From Burkholderiaceae bacterium (GTDB taxonomy: Bacteria > Pseudomonadota > Gammaproteobacteria > Burkholderiales > Burkholderiaceae_B): a DNA stretch of 64,000 nt. The notes beneath the pieces are model-generated. The model searched no databases, had not been told where the DNA came from, and saw nothing but the letters and a program-made list of their open reading frames with translations. Shown in pieces: positions 1-10,790 of the stretch. Positions within the stretch are counted from its first letter, which is position 1. Each line of letters opens with the position of its first letter. The position numbers were made by a program, and so were the translations under genes. Location: positions 107,227-171,226 of the forward strand of contig DAIMDD010000006.1 in assembly GCA_036725985.1 (NCBI GenBank). Reading direction: 5' to 3'.

Positions 1-149
1 GAACATCCCGGCCTAACCGGCGACCAGTGACCCAGAGGGGGAAGAAAGCAAGCGGTACAATACAAGTCCGCGATCCAGACGGAGACGCGACAACAAATGC
101 ATCTCGACGCCAGAGGGCTTTCTAAATCCTTTCAGGCTTCGCGGATTAT

Positions 150-1223
150 ATGCCGCTTTTAGCCATGCGCAAAGATTCCTCAGTTTTGAAGCCTAAATCG
201 ACTGTTTTAAAACCAAAGTTCACGGTTTTGAAGTCTAAATCACCCAGGGATCGCTCCCCGGGTCCTCACGCGGACCTGGCCCAGGATCACGTCCCAGATC
301 ACGCGCCGGTGGTCAGGATGGTCGAGGTTACCGAGGAGCATGATGGCCAGCGGCTGGATAATTTCCTGATGCGGCTATGCAAAGGCGTGCCTAAAAGCCA
401 TATCTACAAGGCGGTGCGTGGCGGTGAAGTCCGTATAAACAAAGGTCGAGTCCAGCCTGATTCCCGGGTCAGTACTGGTGATGTGGTCAGAGTCCCGCCT
501 ATGCGTCTGCCCGCGCCCGAGCAGAAACGCCCAGCACCAAAACTTGAATTCCCGATTGTGTTTGAAGATGAGGGCTTGCTGGTGATCGATAAACCAGCGG
601 GTGTCGCAGTACATGGCGGCAGCGGCGTCTCATTCGGTGTGATCGAGTCACTGAGAGCCTCGCGCCCCGAGGCTAAATTTCTTGAGCTTGCCCACCGGCT
701 CGATCGTGATACTTCGGGTTTATTACTGATTGCTAAAAAGCGTAATGTTTTACTTAGTCTGCACGAGATGTTCCGCACCAGTGTTGGTCGTAAGCATTAC
801 TTTGCTTTGGTTGAGGGGGATTGGGTCAACGATCGGCAGCATATCCGCTTTGCCCTGACCAAATGGACTACCCAGAGTGGAGAGCGACGCGTCAAAGTCG
901 ATGCAGAGGGCCAGGTGGCCCATACAATCGTCTCCGGGGAAAAACGCTATAAAGGCTACAGCCTGGTTGATGCAGAGTTGAAAACAGGACGCACACATCA
1001 AATTCGTGTGCATCTGGCTTCCAGCGGATTTCCGATCGTAGGTGATGATAAGTACGGGCGCGATGATACGCGTGCTTATTTCAGCAAATTGGGATTCTCA
1101 AGAATGTTTTTACATGCCCACCGCCTAGAAATGCCGCATCCACTTACTAAAGAACCCATGATCCTCGAAGCGCCTTTGCCGTCTGCTTGCGAGGCGATTC
1201 TAAAAAAACTCGAGTCCTTATGA
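150..1223 (+). CDS. rluC: 23S rRNA pseudouridine synthase, RluC/RluA family, with a basic N-terminal extension
   Basis: S4 domain (RLDNFL...GGEVRINKG) and the RluA-family catalytic motif HRLDRDTSGLLL. It sits ahead of the maf-yceD-rpmF-plsX block as in other proteobacteria. The 150 start is supported by synonymous differences between three 21-nt repeats in this frame. The alternative ATG is at 318. Confidence 0.85.
   Translation: MPLLAMRKDSSVLKPKSTVLKPKFTVLKSKSPRDRSPGPHADLAQDHVPDHAPVVRMVEVTEEHDGQRLDNFLMRLCKGVPKSHIYKAVRGGEVRINKGRVQPDSRVSTGDVVRVPPMRLPAPEQKRPAPKLEFPIVFEDEGLLVIDKPAGVAVHGGSGVSFGVIESLRASRPEAKFLELAHRLDRDTSGLLLIAKKRNVLLSLHEMFRTSVGRKHYFALVEGDWVNDRQHIRFALTKWTTQSGERRVKVDAEGQVAHTIVSGEKRYKGYSLVDAELKTGRTHQIRVHLASSGFPIVGDDKYGRDDTRAYFSKLGFSRMFLHAHRLEMPHPLTKEPMILEAPLPSACEAILKKLESL
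180..242 (+). repeat. Three tandem 21-nt units encoding SVLKPKS / TVLKPKF / TVLKSKS
   Basis: Read directly: tcagttttgaagcctaaatcg / actgttttaaaaccaaagttc / acggttttgaagtctaaatca. Unit 1 and unit 2 differ mostly at third codon positions of the rluC frame. Confidence 0.9.
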
Positions 1224-1882
1224 GTCATTATTCAGTTGTGATTTTTGACTGGGATGGAACCTTGATGGATTCCACTCACAGTATTGTGTCAGCGATTCAG
1301 GGAGCCTGCCGTGATCTTGAATTGCGAGTACCGAGCCCGGCTGAGGCGAGTTGGGTCATCGGTTTATCGCTTGAGCCTGCGCTGCGCCGCGCAGTCCCTG
1401 ATCTGACCAAATCAATGGAGCCACTTTTTCTCGAGCGCTATCGCCATCATTACCTGTCTCGCGATACCCAGCTTAAATTGTTTGATGGTGTGCCTGAAAT
1501 GCTTAGTGCTTTAACTGCTGCGGGTGCCACGCTTGCAGTAGCGACAGGTAAAAGTCGCGTAGGACTCAATCGCGCGCTGACTGCTACATCTTTGCATCAG
1601 CAGTTTGCAGCGACCCGCACAGCGGACGAAACCTTTGGCAAACCGCACCCAGGCATGCTGCTTGAGTTGATCGACGAGCTAATGGTCGATCCCTCTGAGG
1701 TAGTGATGGTTGGAGATACCTCCCACGATCTGAATATGGCTAATAATGCAGGCGTGCACGGACTGGGTGTGAGTTACGGCGCGCATCCGCATGAGGAATT
1801 GCTGGCCTGTGCGCCACAGTCTGTGGTTCGCGGGGTGTCTGAGCTGCGAAGCTGGCTACTTGAACGGGTTAAGTCGTCATAA
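1220..1882 (+). CDS. HAD-superfamily phosphatase, phosphoglycolate phosphatase-like
   Basis: N-terminal DWDGTLMDS (DxDGT motif I) and distal GDTSHD motif. The ATG at 1220 overlaps the rluC stop (ATGA). Confidence 0.8.
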   Translation: MSHYSVVIFDWDGTLMDSTHSIVSAIQGACRDLELRVPSPAEASWVIGLSLEPALRRAVPDLTKSMEPLFLERYRHHYLSRDTQLKLFDGVPEMLSALTAAGATLAVATGKSRVGLNRALTATSLHQQFAATRTADETFGKPHPGMLLELIDELMVDPSEVVMVGDTSHDLNMANNAGVHGLGVSYGAHPHEELLACAPQSVVRGVSELRSWLLERVKSS

Positions 1883-2035
1883 ACAAAGAAAAAGTTGTAA
1901 AAACAGCAAGAAGGTTTTGAAACTGTATTTTTAAAAAAATTCAAAGATAAATTTTCAAAAAAATTATTTTAAAAAAAATAATCTAACTTTCTGTTTTTAG
2001 TCTTTCTTCTTTTATGATGAGCTTTTTCCAGCGGA

Positions 2036-3034
2036 GTGTTCATCATGTCCAACTACAGATATCCTCGCCCTGATTCGTCCGAGATCACACCTGAGTCTGT
2101 TTGGAAAAGTCGTCGCGACTGGATGAAATCAGCGGGACTGGCTGCTGCCGGCACAGCGATGGCTGGGTTAGGCGGACTGCCTGCAATGGGTCTGGCTGCC
2201 CCGGCAAGAACATCCCCCGCAGCACTTGCTGCCTTGCCAGGCATACCCTCCAAAGAATATGTACTGATGGAGCCAGCAACGCCCTTTAAGGATGCAACCT
2301 CATACAACAATTTTTATGAGTTCGGTATGGATAAGACGGATCCTGAGCGTTATGCGCATACCTTACAAACAGAACCCTGGAGTATCCGTATCGAAGGCGA
2401 GGTTGTCGCACCCAAGACGCTTGATCTGGATGCCTTGCGCAAGCTGGTGCCGCTCGAAGAGCGTGTTTATCGCATGCGTTGTGTCGAGGGTTGGTCGATG
2501 GTGATTCCGTGGGTGGGCTACTCTTTGTCCGCGTTGCTTAAACAAGTCGAGCCTACGGGTAATGCGAAGTATGTTGAGTTCGTCTCCGCTGTACAAGAAA
2601 AAAATATGCCGGGACTTTATTCGCGTTCGATTCAATGGCCCTATGTCGAAGGCTTGCGACTCGACGAGGCGATGCACCCTTTGACGCTGCTCACGCTGGG
2701 CATGTATGGAAAGGTGCTCCCTAATCAAAATGGCGCACCGGTCAGAGTGGTTGTGCCTTGGAAATATGGCTTCAAGTCAGCCAAATCAATCGTAGCAATT
2801 CGGTTTGTTGAAAAACAGCCACAGAGCAGCTGGATGAAATCGATCCCGAGCGAGTATGGTTTTTATTCAAACGTGAATCCCGAGGTCTCGCATCCTCGCT
2901 GGAGTCAGGCTACAGAGCGGCGTATCGGTGAGGATGGTCTGTTTGCTCCAAAGCGCAAGACACTCCTGTTCAACGGCTACGGCAACGAAGTTGCTTCGCT
3001 TTACCAAGGTATGGATTTGCGGAAAAACTATTGA
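2036..3034 (+). CDS. msrP: Protein-methionine-sulfoxide reductase catalytic subunit MsrP (YedY), molybdopterin enzyme with a Tat signal
   Basis: Twin-arginine motif [15 protein letters not shown] and YedY-type core ([14 protein letters not shown]). It is followed by msrQ. The alternative ATG is at 2045. Confidence 0.9.
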   Translation: MFIMSNYRYPRPDSSEITPESVWKSRRDWMKSAGLAAAGTAMAGLGGLPAMGLAAPARTSPAALAALPGIPSKEYVLMEPATPFKDATSYNNFYEFGMDKTDPERYAHTLQTEPWSIRIEGEVVAPKTLDLDALRKLVPLEERVYRMRCVEGWSMVIPWVGYSLSALLKQVEPTGNAKYVEFVSAVQEKNMPGLYSRSIQWPYVEGLRLDEAMHPLTLLTLGMYGKVLPNQNGAPVRVVVPWKYGFKSAKSIVAIRFVEKQPQSSWMKSIPSEYGFYSNVNPEVSHPRWSQATERRIGEDGLFAPKRKTLLFNGYGNEVASLYQGMDLRKNY

Positions 3035-3648
3035 GCCTGCCTTTGAAAACTTTTTCTGTTCGGTCCGTTGACCGTGCCAAATGGCTGCTGTTTGCAGTTG
3101 GGTTTTATCCATTGTTACGCTGGATCTGGTTAGGTGTACACAACGATCTGACTGCTAACCCGACAGAGTTTTTAACGCGCTCCGCAGGAACCTGGACGCT
3201 GGTTTGCTTATTGGTGACTTTATCGATTTCGCCCTTGCGTCAGTGGCTGAATCAGCCGGCACTCTTGCGCTGGCGGCGAATGTGCGGTTTATTTGCTTTT
3301 TTTTATGCAGTGTTGCATGCGATGGCCTGGTCCTGGTGGGATCAGGGGCTTGAGTTAAATGCGATGCTTGCCGATGTATGGAAAAGGCCGTTCATCATGG
3401 TGGGGATGGCCGCGTTCCTGACTATGTCCATGCTTGCGCTGACCTCAACAAAAGGCTGGATGCGACGCCTGGGCCGCAAATGGCAACAACTGCACAGACT
3501 GATTTATCTGATTGCCCTGTTATCCATCCTTCATTACTGGTGGCATAAATCAGGCAAAAGTGATTTCACCACAGTATCGATTTATGCGGGTGTGTTAGCG
3601 GTGTTGCTGGTGTGGCGTATTGTCAGGTGGAAAGCAAAACCCCGCTGA
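3031..3648 (+). CDS. msrQ: Heme-binding membrane subunit MsrQ (YedZ)
   Basis: Polytopic membrane protein of about 200 aa with conserved His residues. Its start overlaps the msrP stop (TTGA). Confidence 0.85.
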   Translation: MSLPLKTFSVRSVDRAKWLLFAVGFYPLLRWIWLGVHNDLTANPTEFLTRSAGTWTLVCLLVTLSISPLRQWLNQPALLRWRRMCGLFAFFYAVLHAMAWSWWDQGLELNAMLADVWKRPFIMVGMAAFLTMSMLALTSTKGWMRRLGRKWQQLHRLIYLIALLSILHYWWHKSGKSDFTTVSIYAGVLAVLLVWRIVRWKAKPR

Positions 3649-3714
3649 CGGACTCGCTTCGCGCCATGCGTGCTTCTCGCGTCCTCACGCAGCACGCACC
3701 TGCCCAGTCGTGAT

Positions 3715-4539
3715 TTAGCGATTGATGGCTGTGCCCGTGGTTGGAAGTGCGAGTAGTCGTGCCGCGGTTTGAACATCAGGCTTGCCGCTGACCCACTCGG
3801 GTCGGTAGTGCATCTGAAAGGCTGAAATGACATGCCGCGTATTGGTATCGAGCACGCCTGTTTCGGGTACGTTATAACCAACGCGTTTGAGTTGCGTTTG
3901 CCACCACTTCGCATCTGGCAAGCCTTTCTTTGTGAACTCAGCCTCGTATTTAGCTGCTGCGTTTTCATCAAACCAGCGACCTACACCATCTTGTGCGAGT
4001 TCTTTCCAGGGAAAGGAAGGCCCAGGGTCCTGTTTGCGCAAAGGCGCTACATCACTGTGACCCACAATGTTTTCTGGTTTGATGTCATAACGCCTGGCCA
4101 GATCACGCGTCAGCGCCGTCACGGTGTGTACTTGTGAGCTTGGGTAAGGCGCGCCCATTGTTCCATTGACGTTGCGCTCCCAGCCGGGGTGGACTATTTC
4201 AATGCCGATCGAACGCGGGTTGATATAGGTGCGACCATACCAGCTACTCTCACCCGCATGCCACGCACTCATGGAATCATCCACTAGACGATAGACCTGT
4301 GGCGGTGAGTCATCGGTTACAACGTAATGCGCACTGACATCCTTATTCGTCAGTACGGCGAGCGAGGAGGTTTTCGATCCAGCCGTATAGTGCAGCACGA
4401 TCATATCGATACGGTTATTCTGGCCTTTCGCTTTCATTGAATTGATGATCGAGTAACGCCCTTCAGGTGACTGACTGGCACAACCCGCAAGGATCAAGGC
4501 GGTAAAAATTGAAAGGAAACCTTTGACTAAGCTCATCAT
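3715..4539 (-). CDS. amiD: N-acetylmuramoyl-L-alanine amidase lipoprotein, AmiD-like (amidase_2 plus C-terminal peptidoglycan-binding domain)
   Basis: Lipobox LILAGC. Amidase_2 motifs (IVLHYTAG, HSDVAP..KQDPGPSFPW). PG-binding-like C-terminus. Start set at MMSLVKG. Confidence 0.85.
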   Translation of the reverse strand: MMSLVKGFLSIFTALILAGCASQSPEGRYSIINSMKAKGQNNRIDMIVLHYTAGSKTSSLAVLTNKDVSAHYVVTDDSPPQVYRLVDDSMSAWHAGESSWYGRTYINPRSIGIEIVHPGWERNVNGTMGAPYPSSQVHTVTALTRDLARRYDIKPENIVGHSDVAPLRKQDPGPSFPWKELAQDGVGRWFDENAAAKYEAEFTKKGLPDAKWWQTQLKRVGYNVPETGVLDTNTRHVISAFQMHYRPEWVSGKPDVQTAARLLALPTTGTAINR

Positions 4540-4541
4540 AA

Positions 4542-5285
4542 TTAAGCTGCAAGAAACAGAAAAAGTGTGGGGTGTTTGTCGAGCACGGGGGCGGGCTGTG
4601 CTTTCCACTGGGAGATCGGGAGTGTCCGGACCCACTCATCTGAGGTTGTCAATGAGCGAGCTATGCACAGCCGCGTATTGCCTTTCAGATTCTCGATCAG
4701 GCTGCTGAACATCGCGTTGTTACGGTAGGGTGTTTCAATGAGCAGTTGTGTTTGTTTTTGTTTTGCCGAAGTGACTTCCCAGTTTTTGAGCTGTTTCACG
4801 CGTTCGGCAGCATCGACGGGAGCATAACCATGAAAAGCAAAGCGTTGTCCGTCCAAACCACTGGCCATCAGTCCCAGCAAGATAGAGGAAGGTCCGACCC
4901 AGGGTTTCACTCGAACCCCCCAGCTGTGGGCAATACTGACTGCGCGCGCCCCAGGGTCGGCGACAGCCGGGCAGCCTGCCTCAGAGACCAGGCCGATATC
5001 TTCCCCTGTCCGCAGCGGTTGCATCCAGGTCTGCAGCGCTGCATCGTCGACGCGGGGACCGAGTTCGTGGATGGTGATTTCTTGCAGAGGCTGGGCCAGT
5101 GGGGTGAGTTTTAAAAAAGCCCGTGCAGTTTTTGCGTTTTCTGCGATGTAGCGTTTGAGTCCTGCGCTGGTCGACTGAACTTGTTGTGGTAACCAGTCAT
5201 TGATTTCGGCCTCGCCAAGTCCCACAGGGATCAGATGAAGCGTGCCTAGTTTGTTGTTTTCAGTAGCTGTCATGGGATTCGCCAT
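4542..5285 (-). CDS. SAM-dependent methyltransferase of the tetrapyrrole-methylase / RsmI-like family
   Basis: SEAGCPAVADPG motif resembles RsmI SDAGTPxISDPG. Start set at MANPMTA, 5 nt after the maf stop. Confidence 0.75.
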   Translation of the reverse strand: MANPMTATENNKLGTLHLIPVGLGEAEINDWLPQQVQSTSAGLKRYIAENAKTARAFLKLTPLAQPLQEITIHELGPRVDDAALQTWMQPLRTGEDIGLVSEAGCPAVADPGARAVSIAHSWGVRVKPWVGPSSILLGLMASGLDGQRFAFHGYAPVDAAERVKQLKNWEVTSAKQKQTQLLIETPYRNNAMFSSLIENLKGNTRLCIARSLTTSDEWVRTLPISQWKAQPAPVLDKHPTLFLFLAA

Positions 5286-5290
5286 ATTTT

Positions 5291-5893
5291 TTAATTGAGG
5301 CGCGCGTGCAGTAAAGGATCCAGTCCGCAGGCGCTGAGCATTTTTGTCAAGGCGATCAAAGGCAGGCCAATGATCGAGGTTGGATCCGTGCTTTGCATGG
5401 TTTGCATCAGCGCGATACCCAGACATTCCGCTTTGGCGCTGCCCGCCGTGTCAAGCGGTTGGTCGATGGCAATGTAGCGTTCGATCGCCTCATCTGAAAG
5501 TGTCCTGAATACGCAGGTGGTTGGGACATTAATAGTTTGCAACTGGCCTGCATGGAGTACTGCCATTGCGCTGTGGAATACGACTGTTTGACCAGACATT
5601 TGACGCAACTGCCTGTAGGCGGCTTCGATCGTGCCTGGTTTGCCCAGGGGATTGCCATTCAGGCTGGCGGCCTGATCGGCACCAATTACAATGGTATTGG
5701 GAAAGCGTAAACCAACAGCCTGGGCTTTTTCTGCCGCAAGTCTGAGCGCAAGCTGCTCGGGTTGCTCGGCTTCGCGCGGCGTCTCATCGATCTCGGGTGA
5801 AACGACAGAAAAAGATATTCTTAGTCTTTCAAGTAGTTCGCGCCTGTAGGGCGAGCTGGAGGCGAGAATCAAAGAGTAGGGTGCGCAAGACAT
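5291..5893 (-). CDS. maf: Maf-like nucleoside triphosphate pyrophosphatase (YceF type)
   Basis: N-terminal LASSSPYRRELL motif. It is divergent from yceD, as in the E. coli yceF-yceD-rpmF locus. Confidence 0.85.
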   Translation of the reverse strand: MSCAPYSLILASSSPYRRELLERLRISFSVVSPEIDETPREAEQPEQLALRLAAEKAQAVGLRFPNTIVIGADQAASLNGNPLGKPGTIEAAYRQLRQMSGQTVVFHSAMAVLHAGQLQTINVPTTCVFRTLSDEAIERYIAIDQPLDTAGSAKAECLGIALMQTMQSTDPTSIIGLPLIALTKMLSACGLDPLLHARLN

Positions 5894-6012
5894 CGTTTGC
5901 CAGGTAACTAGTGAGACTAAGATTGACGATCACAGGGTAAACACGCTATTATCTCTTGCTTTGCTGCTTTTATGTGAGCAAGGCAAATGGACTATATCGC
6001 ATTGGAAATCGC

Positions 6013-6621
6013 ATGACCGACATAAAGACGGATGCAGCCTCGGTGCACTGTAGCCTGGGTTTGCCGGGCCAGATTGATGCGTTTGAATTTGCCCGTCGAG
6101 GTCGTACTCAGGCAGGTGTGTTCAGTGTGCATCGTTTGCAAAGATTGCTTGAAGGTCTTGCAGATCAGCCTTCGGTTGAGCTTGTTGCCCTGAGTGATGC
6201 GCCTGCAGAGCCTGGCCTTGTGAGGTACGTGCTGATCGGGCAGTTAAATGCCTCGGGCAGGCCGCAACTGGTGTTGCAGGTGCAAGCCAGGCTATTGCTT
6301 GAATGTCAGCGCTGTCTGGGGCCGATGGTTTTGTCGATTGACAGGCAGACAGCGTTTGATCTGGTCAGAAGTGAAGCTGATCTGGGCGACGATTCTTTTG
6401 ATGAAGACAGTCTGGATGAGCCTGAAAAATTAGTTGGATCCCGTCAGTTTGATGTGCTGGGTCTGATAGAAGATGAGTTGATTTTAGAAGTGCCCTACGT
6501 ACCGCGTCACGAACAGTGTCCGGACATGGCTGAGACAGAGTCGGATGACACTGAGGAGGACAAAGGGGAAGCGCGTCCATCACCCTTTGCGGTGCTGGAG
6601 CAGCTTAAAACAAAGCGTTAA
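6013..6621 (+). CDS. yceD: DUF177 protein YceD (large-subunit ribosomal RNA accumulation protein)
   Basis: CxxC motif (CQRCLGPM) and acidic C-terminus. It lies directly upstream of rpmF. Confidence 0.85.
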   Translation: MTDIKTDAASVHCSLGLPGQIDAFEFARRGRTQAGVFSVHRLQRLLEGLADQPSVELVALSDAPAEPGLVRYVLIGQLNASGRPQLVLQVQARLLLECQRCLGPMVLSIDRQTAFDLVRSEADLGDDSFDEDSLDEPEKLVGSRQFDVLGLIEDELILEVPYVPRHEQCPDMAETESDDTEEDKGEARPSPFAVLEQLKTKR

Positions 6622-6713
6622 GCCAAGCGTATTCAAGCAAAGCTTAATTCATGGTATTAATTGGTTATTACTAAGATGGTTGGCGTACAATTCGCCGATC
6701 CACAGGAGTTGTC

Positions 6714-6896
6714 ATGGCTGTTCAGCAAAACAAAAAATCACCCTCCAAGCGCGGTATGCACCGCTCGCACGATTTTCTGACGAATCCGTCAACGGCTATC
6801 GAGCCGAATACAGGCGAGCAGCACATCCGCCACCATATCAGCCCAACAGGCTTTTATCGTGGCCGCAAGGTCCTCAAGACCAAAGCTGACGAATAA
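6714..6896 (+). CDS. rpmF: 50S ribosomal protein L32
   Basis: [20 protein letters not shown] is a canonical L32 N-terminus. Confidence 0.95.
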   Translation: MAVQQNKKSPSKRGMHRSHDFLTNPSTAIEPNTGEQHIRHHISPTGFYRGRKVLKTKADE

Positions 6897-6929
6897 TACG
6901 CGGTTGACAGGCATCACTCGTTTCGTCGT

Positions 6930-8018
6930 GTGACTGCGCACAATCACGTGGAACCCGTTATTCGTATTGCGATTGATTGCATGGGTGGTGACACAGGTAT
7001 TTCTGTCACTGTCCCTGCTGCATTCGAATTCGCTTCGCGATTTCCAGATACAAAATTATTGCTTGTTGGCTTGCCCGACGAGTTGGCTGTTGCTGTCTCA
7101 GCTGCACGTAAAAAATTCCCCTCCGTTTCTCCTGAGCATTTTAGTATCGTTGCGGCCTCTGAGGTTGTGACGATGGACGATCCGGTCGAGATTGCCTTGC
7201 GTCGCAAAAAAGACTCCTCAATGCGCCTGGCCGCGCAAGCGGTCAAGGATGAGCAGGCAGACGCCTGCGTGTCAGCGGGTAATACGGGTGCCTGGATGGC
7301 GATCTCGCGCTACATCCTTAAAACCATCCCGGGGATCGATCGGCCTGCGATTGCAACAGCGTTGCCCAACAAAAAGGGTAGCAACACGATCATGCTCGAT
7401 CTGGGCGCCAACGTGGACTGCACACCCGAGCATTTATTGCAGTTTGCAATTATGGGTACGGCCTTGGCACAGGTTGATTCCACAGGACCTGCGCCGAGCG
7501 TTGGCTTGCTCAATATCGGTGAAGAAATCATCAAGGGTAACGAGACCGTCAAGCAGGCTGCCGAACTCTTGCGCAAAAGTACTTTGAATTTTTATGGCAA
7601 CGTCGAGGGCGATGATATATTCAAAGGCACGGTTGATGTGGTGGTTTGCGACGGTTTTGTAGGTAATGTTGCTTTGAAAAGCGCAGAAGGTCTTGCACGT
7701 CTGATTGCCTCTTATATCCGTGAAGAATTCAGCCGTAATTTCCTGACCAAAATAATGGGTATGCTGGCTATGCCCGTACTAAATTGTTTCCGCTATCGAC
7801 TGGATAATCGACGCCTCAATGGCGCTGCTTTGCTCGGGTTGCGCGGTATTGTCATTAAAAGTCACGGCTCTGCGGATGCCTATGCTTTTGGTTTTGCCCT
7901 GCAGCGTGCCCGTGATGCGGTGTTAAATGGCTTGCTTGAGCGCACCAGCGTTGCGATTTCGCAATTAACGCAATCCGCCACCGTGACTGAAACTGTTCGT
8001 TCCGGAGATTCCGCATGA
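6930..8018 (+). CDS. plsX: Phosphate acyltransferase PlsX
   Basis: IAIDCMGGD motif and the rpmF-plsX-fabH order. GTG start. Confidence 0.95.
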   Translation: MTAHNHVEPVIRIAIDCMGGDTGISVTVPAAFEFASRFPDTKLLLVGLPDELAVAVSAARKKFPSVSPEHFSIVAASEVVTMDDPVEIALRRKKDSSMRLAAQAVKDEQADACVSAGNTGAWMAISRYILKTIPGIDRPAIATALPNKKGSNTIMLDLGANVDCTPEHLLQFAIMGTALAQVDSTGPAPSVGLLNIGEEIIKGNETVKQAAELLRKSTLNFYGNVEGDDIFKGTVDVVVCDGFVGNVALKSAEGLARLIASYIREEFSRNFLTKIMGMLAMPVLNCFRYRLDNRRLNGAALLGLRGIVIKSHGSADAYAFGFALQRARDAVLNGLLERTSVAISQLTQSATVTETVRSGDSA

Positions 8019-9001
8019 GTGCATCCATGCCCTTTGCCCGCATTATTGGATCTGGAAGTTATCTGCCACCTAACCTGGTCACCAACGTGGCCTTGGCGGC
8101 TGATATGGCGACGCGTCAGATTGAAACCTCTGACGAATGGATCGCAGAGCGTACCGGGATTCGTCAGCGCTATATTGCTGAGCGCGGCATTAAAACCAGC
8201 TCTCTGGCGACAGAGGCGGCGCGTCGTGCGCTGTCGGACGCGGGCGTTGACGCAAGCGAGGTCGACCTGATTATTGTGGCGACTTCTACAGCAGATTTTG
8301 TGTTCCCAAGTACAGCTTGTATCGTTCAGGCGGGTTTGGGTAACAAAGGTGCAGCGGCCTTTGATGTTCAGGCTGTTTGCAGCGGTTTTGTTTACGCGCT
8401 GACAACCGCTGATAGCTTTATTCGCGCCGGACGTGCCAAGTGCGCTGTGGTGATTGGTGCTGAGGTTTTCTCAAGCATTCTTGACTGGAGTGACCGTGGC
8501 ACCTGTGTCCTGTTTGGCGACGGGGCCGGCGCGGTGGTTTTGCAGGCAAGCGATACACCAGGAATTATTGGGGCTGAATTACACGCCGACGGCAGTCAGA
8601 TGAATATCCTGGCTGCTGCGGGTAATGTCGCCTACGGTCAAGTGACCGGTGATCCATTTCTGCGCATGGATGGCCAGGCGGTATTCAAACAAGCAGTCAC
8701 TGTGCTGGATCGCTCCGCGCGCTCGGTGACGGCTGATGCAGGCCTGACGATGGCGGATGTGGACTGGATGATTCCCCATCAGGCTAATCTGCGTATTCTG
8801 ACCTTCCTCGCACGAAAACTCGAGGTACCTCTCGAAAAAGTCGTTGTTACGGTGGATCAGCATGCCAATACCTCGGCAGCGAGTATTCCGCTGGCACTTG
8901 ATGTAGCACGTCGCGATGGTCGAATTCAGGCAGGACAACTAGTACTATTGCAGGGCGTCGGGGGTGGTTTCACCTGGGGTTCGGTGTTGGTCAGGATGTG
9001 A
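8015..9001 (+). CDS. fabH: 3-oxoacyl-ACP synthase III
   Basis: Active-site [10 protein letters not shown] and the HQAN and GGGFTWG motifs. Its start overlaps the plsX stop. Confidence 0.95.
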   Translation: MSASMPFARIIGSGSYLPPNLVTNVALAADMATRQIETSDEWIAERTGIRQRYIAERGIKTSSLATEAARRALSDAGVDASEVDLIIVATSTADFVFPSTACIVQAGLGNKGAAAFDVQAVCSGFVYALTTADSFIRAGRAKCAVVIGAEVFSSILDWSDRGTCVLFGDGAGAVVLQASDTPGIIGAELHADGSQMNILAAAGNVAYGQVTGDPFLRMDGQAVFKQAVTVLDRSARSVTADAGLTMADVDWMIPHQANLRILTFLARKLEVPLEKVVVTVDQHANTSAASIPLALDVARRDGRIQAGQLVLLQGVGGGFTWGSVLVRM

Positions 9002-9044
9002 TGTTTTTCATAACAGCTTTATTTTTAGCTTAATGACGATAACT

Positions 9045-9983
9045 ATGAAATTTGCGTTTGTCTTTCCAGGTCAGGGTTCACAGTCAGTTGGCATGATGGA
9101 TGCCTGGGCATCTCAACCTGCTGCGATGAAAGTGATTACTGATGCCTCTGCCGCACTCGGCGAAGATCTGGCGACCCTGATGGCAGAGGGGCCAACTGAG
9201 CAATTAAGCCTGACGACTCATACACAGCCTGCCATGCTGACTGCTGGCGTAGCGATGTTTGAAGCCTGGCGTGCTGCAGGTGGTCCGGTTGCTTCCATGA
9301 TGGCCGGTCATAGCCTGGGTGAATATGCCGCCTTGACCGCTGCTGGTTCACTTGATTTGGCTGATGCAGTGCGTTTGGTGCGTATCCGCGCCGATGCGAT
9401 GCAGGCCGCTGTGCCGGTTGGGACGGGTGCCATGGCCGCGGTACTGGGGTTAGATGATGATGCCGTGCGCGCAGCGTGCGCCGAAGCAGCCGAAGGTCAG
9501 ATTGTTGAAGCAGTTAATTTCAATGCGCCTGCTCAGGTTGTGATTGCGGGACATGCCGAGGCTGTCCAGCGTGCCATGGCTGCTGCCAAGGCAAGAGGCG
9601 CCAAGCGTGCGATGTTGCTGCCTGTTTCAGCACCTTTTCATTCCAGCTTGCTCAAACCTGCGGCAGAGGTTCTCTCCAAAGCGCTGGCAACGGTGACAGT
9701 GAGTGTGCCTGCGGTTGCTGTGATCAATAACGTGGATGTGGCCATCACCCAGGATCCCGAGGCTATCCGTGATGCACTGGTGCGCCAGGCCTGGCATGCC
9801 GTGCGCTGGGTTGAAATCATCCAGACGATGAAAGCACAGGGTATTACCCATGTAGTCGAATGCGGTCCGGGTAAGGTACTTTCTGGCATGGTCAAACGCA
9901 TTGAGCCTGATATGGTGTCACTGTCAGTGACTGACCCTGAGTCCATGCAGATCGCACTGGACACACTTGCTCAAGCGGCCTGA
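9045..9983 (+). CDS. fabD: Malonyl-CoA:ACP transacylase
   Basis: FVFPGQGSQ and GHSLGEY motifs. Start set at MKFAFVF. Confidence 0.95.
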   Translation: MKFAFVFPGQGSQSVGMMDAWASQPAAMKVITDASAALGEDLATLMAEGPTEQLSLTTHTQPAMLTAGVAMFEAWRAAGGPVASMMAGHSLGEYAALTAAGSLDLADAVRLVRIRADAMQAAVPVGTGAMAAVLGLDDDAVRAACAEAAEGQIVEAVNFNAPAQVVIAGHAEAVQRAMAAAKARGAKRAMLLPVSAPFHSSLLKPAAEVLSKALATVTVSVPAVAVINNVDVAITQDPEAIRDALVRQAWHAVRWVEIIQTMKAQGITHVVECGPGKVLSGMVKRIEPDMVSLSVTDPESMQIALDTLAQAA

Positions 9984-9990
9984 GGACTGG

Positions 9991-10731
9991 ATGATGGATT
10001 TAAAAGACAAAGTTGCATTGGTAACAGGTGCCTCGCGCGGGATCGGCAAAGCCATCGCTCAAGAGTTGGCTGCCCGGGGTGCATTTGTGATTGGTACCGC
10101 AACGACTGAGGCAGGCGCGCTCGGTATCACTGAAATGCTGGCCCCCCAGGGCGGCCGTGGCGTTGTGCTGAATGTCACAGATGTACCTGCCTGTGATGCC
10201 TTGATTGATGCGCTCGGTAAAGAAACCGCTGGTGGACCACATATTCTTGTCAATAATGCAGGTATCACACGCGATACGCTTGCGATGCGCATGAAGGACG
10301 AGGACTGGGATGCCGTGCTCGAAACTAATCTGACCTCCGTATTTCGCCTCTCACGCGCAGTCATGCGCAGTATGATGAAGGCACGCTGGGGGCGAATTAT
10401 CAATATCACCTCAGTTGTAGGCTCGAGTGGTAATCCAGGCCAGGCTAACTATGCTGCAGCCAAGGCGGGTGTGGCGGGTATGTCCCGCGCGCTCGCCCGC
10501 GAGCTCGGGAGTCGTGGTGTCACAGTTAACTGTGTGGCACCCGGCTTTATTGAAACAGATATGACCAGTGAGCTGGGAGAGTCCCAGACAGCTGCCTTAC
10601 TTGGGCAAATCCCTCTCGGTAGACTGGGGTCTGCTACAGATATTGCACACGCGGTTGCCTTTTTGGCATCGCCGAATGCTAGTTACATTACGGGTACAAC
10701 GCTACACGTCAATGGTGGTATGTACTTGTAA
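9991..10731 (+). CDS. fabG: 3-oxoacyl-ACP reductase
   Basis: TGASRGIG and YAAAKAG (YxxxK) motifs. GAGGA Shine-Dalgarno before the ATG at 9991. Confidence 0.95.
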   Translation: MMDLKDKVALVTGASRGIGKAIAQELAARGAFVIGTATTEAGALGITEMLAPQGGRGVVLNVTDVPACDALIDALGKETAGGPHILVNNAGITRDTLAMRMKDEDWDAVLETNLTSVFRLSRAVMRSMMKARWGRIINITSVVGSSGNPGQANYAAAKAGVAGMSRALARELGSRGVTVNCVAPGFIETDMTSELGESQTAALLGQIPLGRLGSATDIAHAVAFLASPNASYITGTTLHVNGGMYL

Positions 10732-10790
10732 TAGGTTTTTTTCTCCCGGTTAGCTATAATTCGCCGGACTTTTTCCTTTTGGAGATTTGC

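Noticed and set aside
1-149. Possible rne leader or promoter on the minus strand. RNase E is usually divergent from rluC.
   Set aside because: The rne gene itself is outside the window and nothing diagnostic can be read in 149 nt. This is inference from synteny only.
3668-3697. The inverted repeat GCGTGCT...AGCACGC between the convergent msrQ and amiD genes, considered as a bidirectional terminator.
   Set aside because: It has only a 7-bp stem, a 16-nt loop and no flanking T- or A-runs. That is too weak to call.
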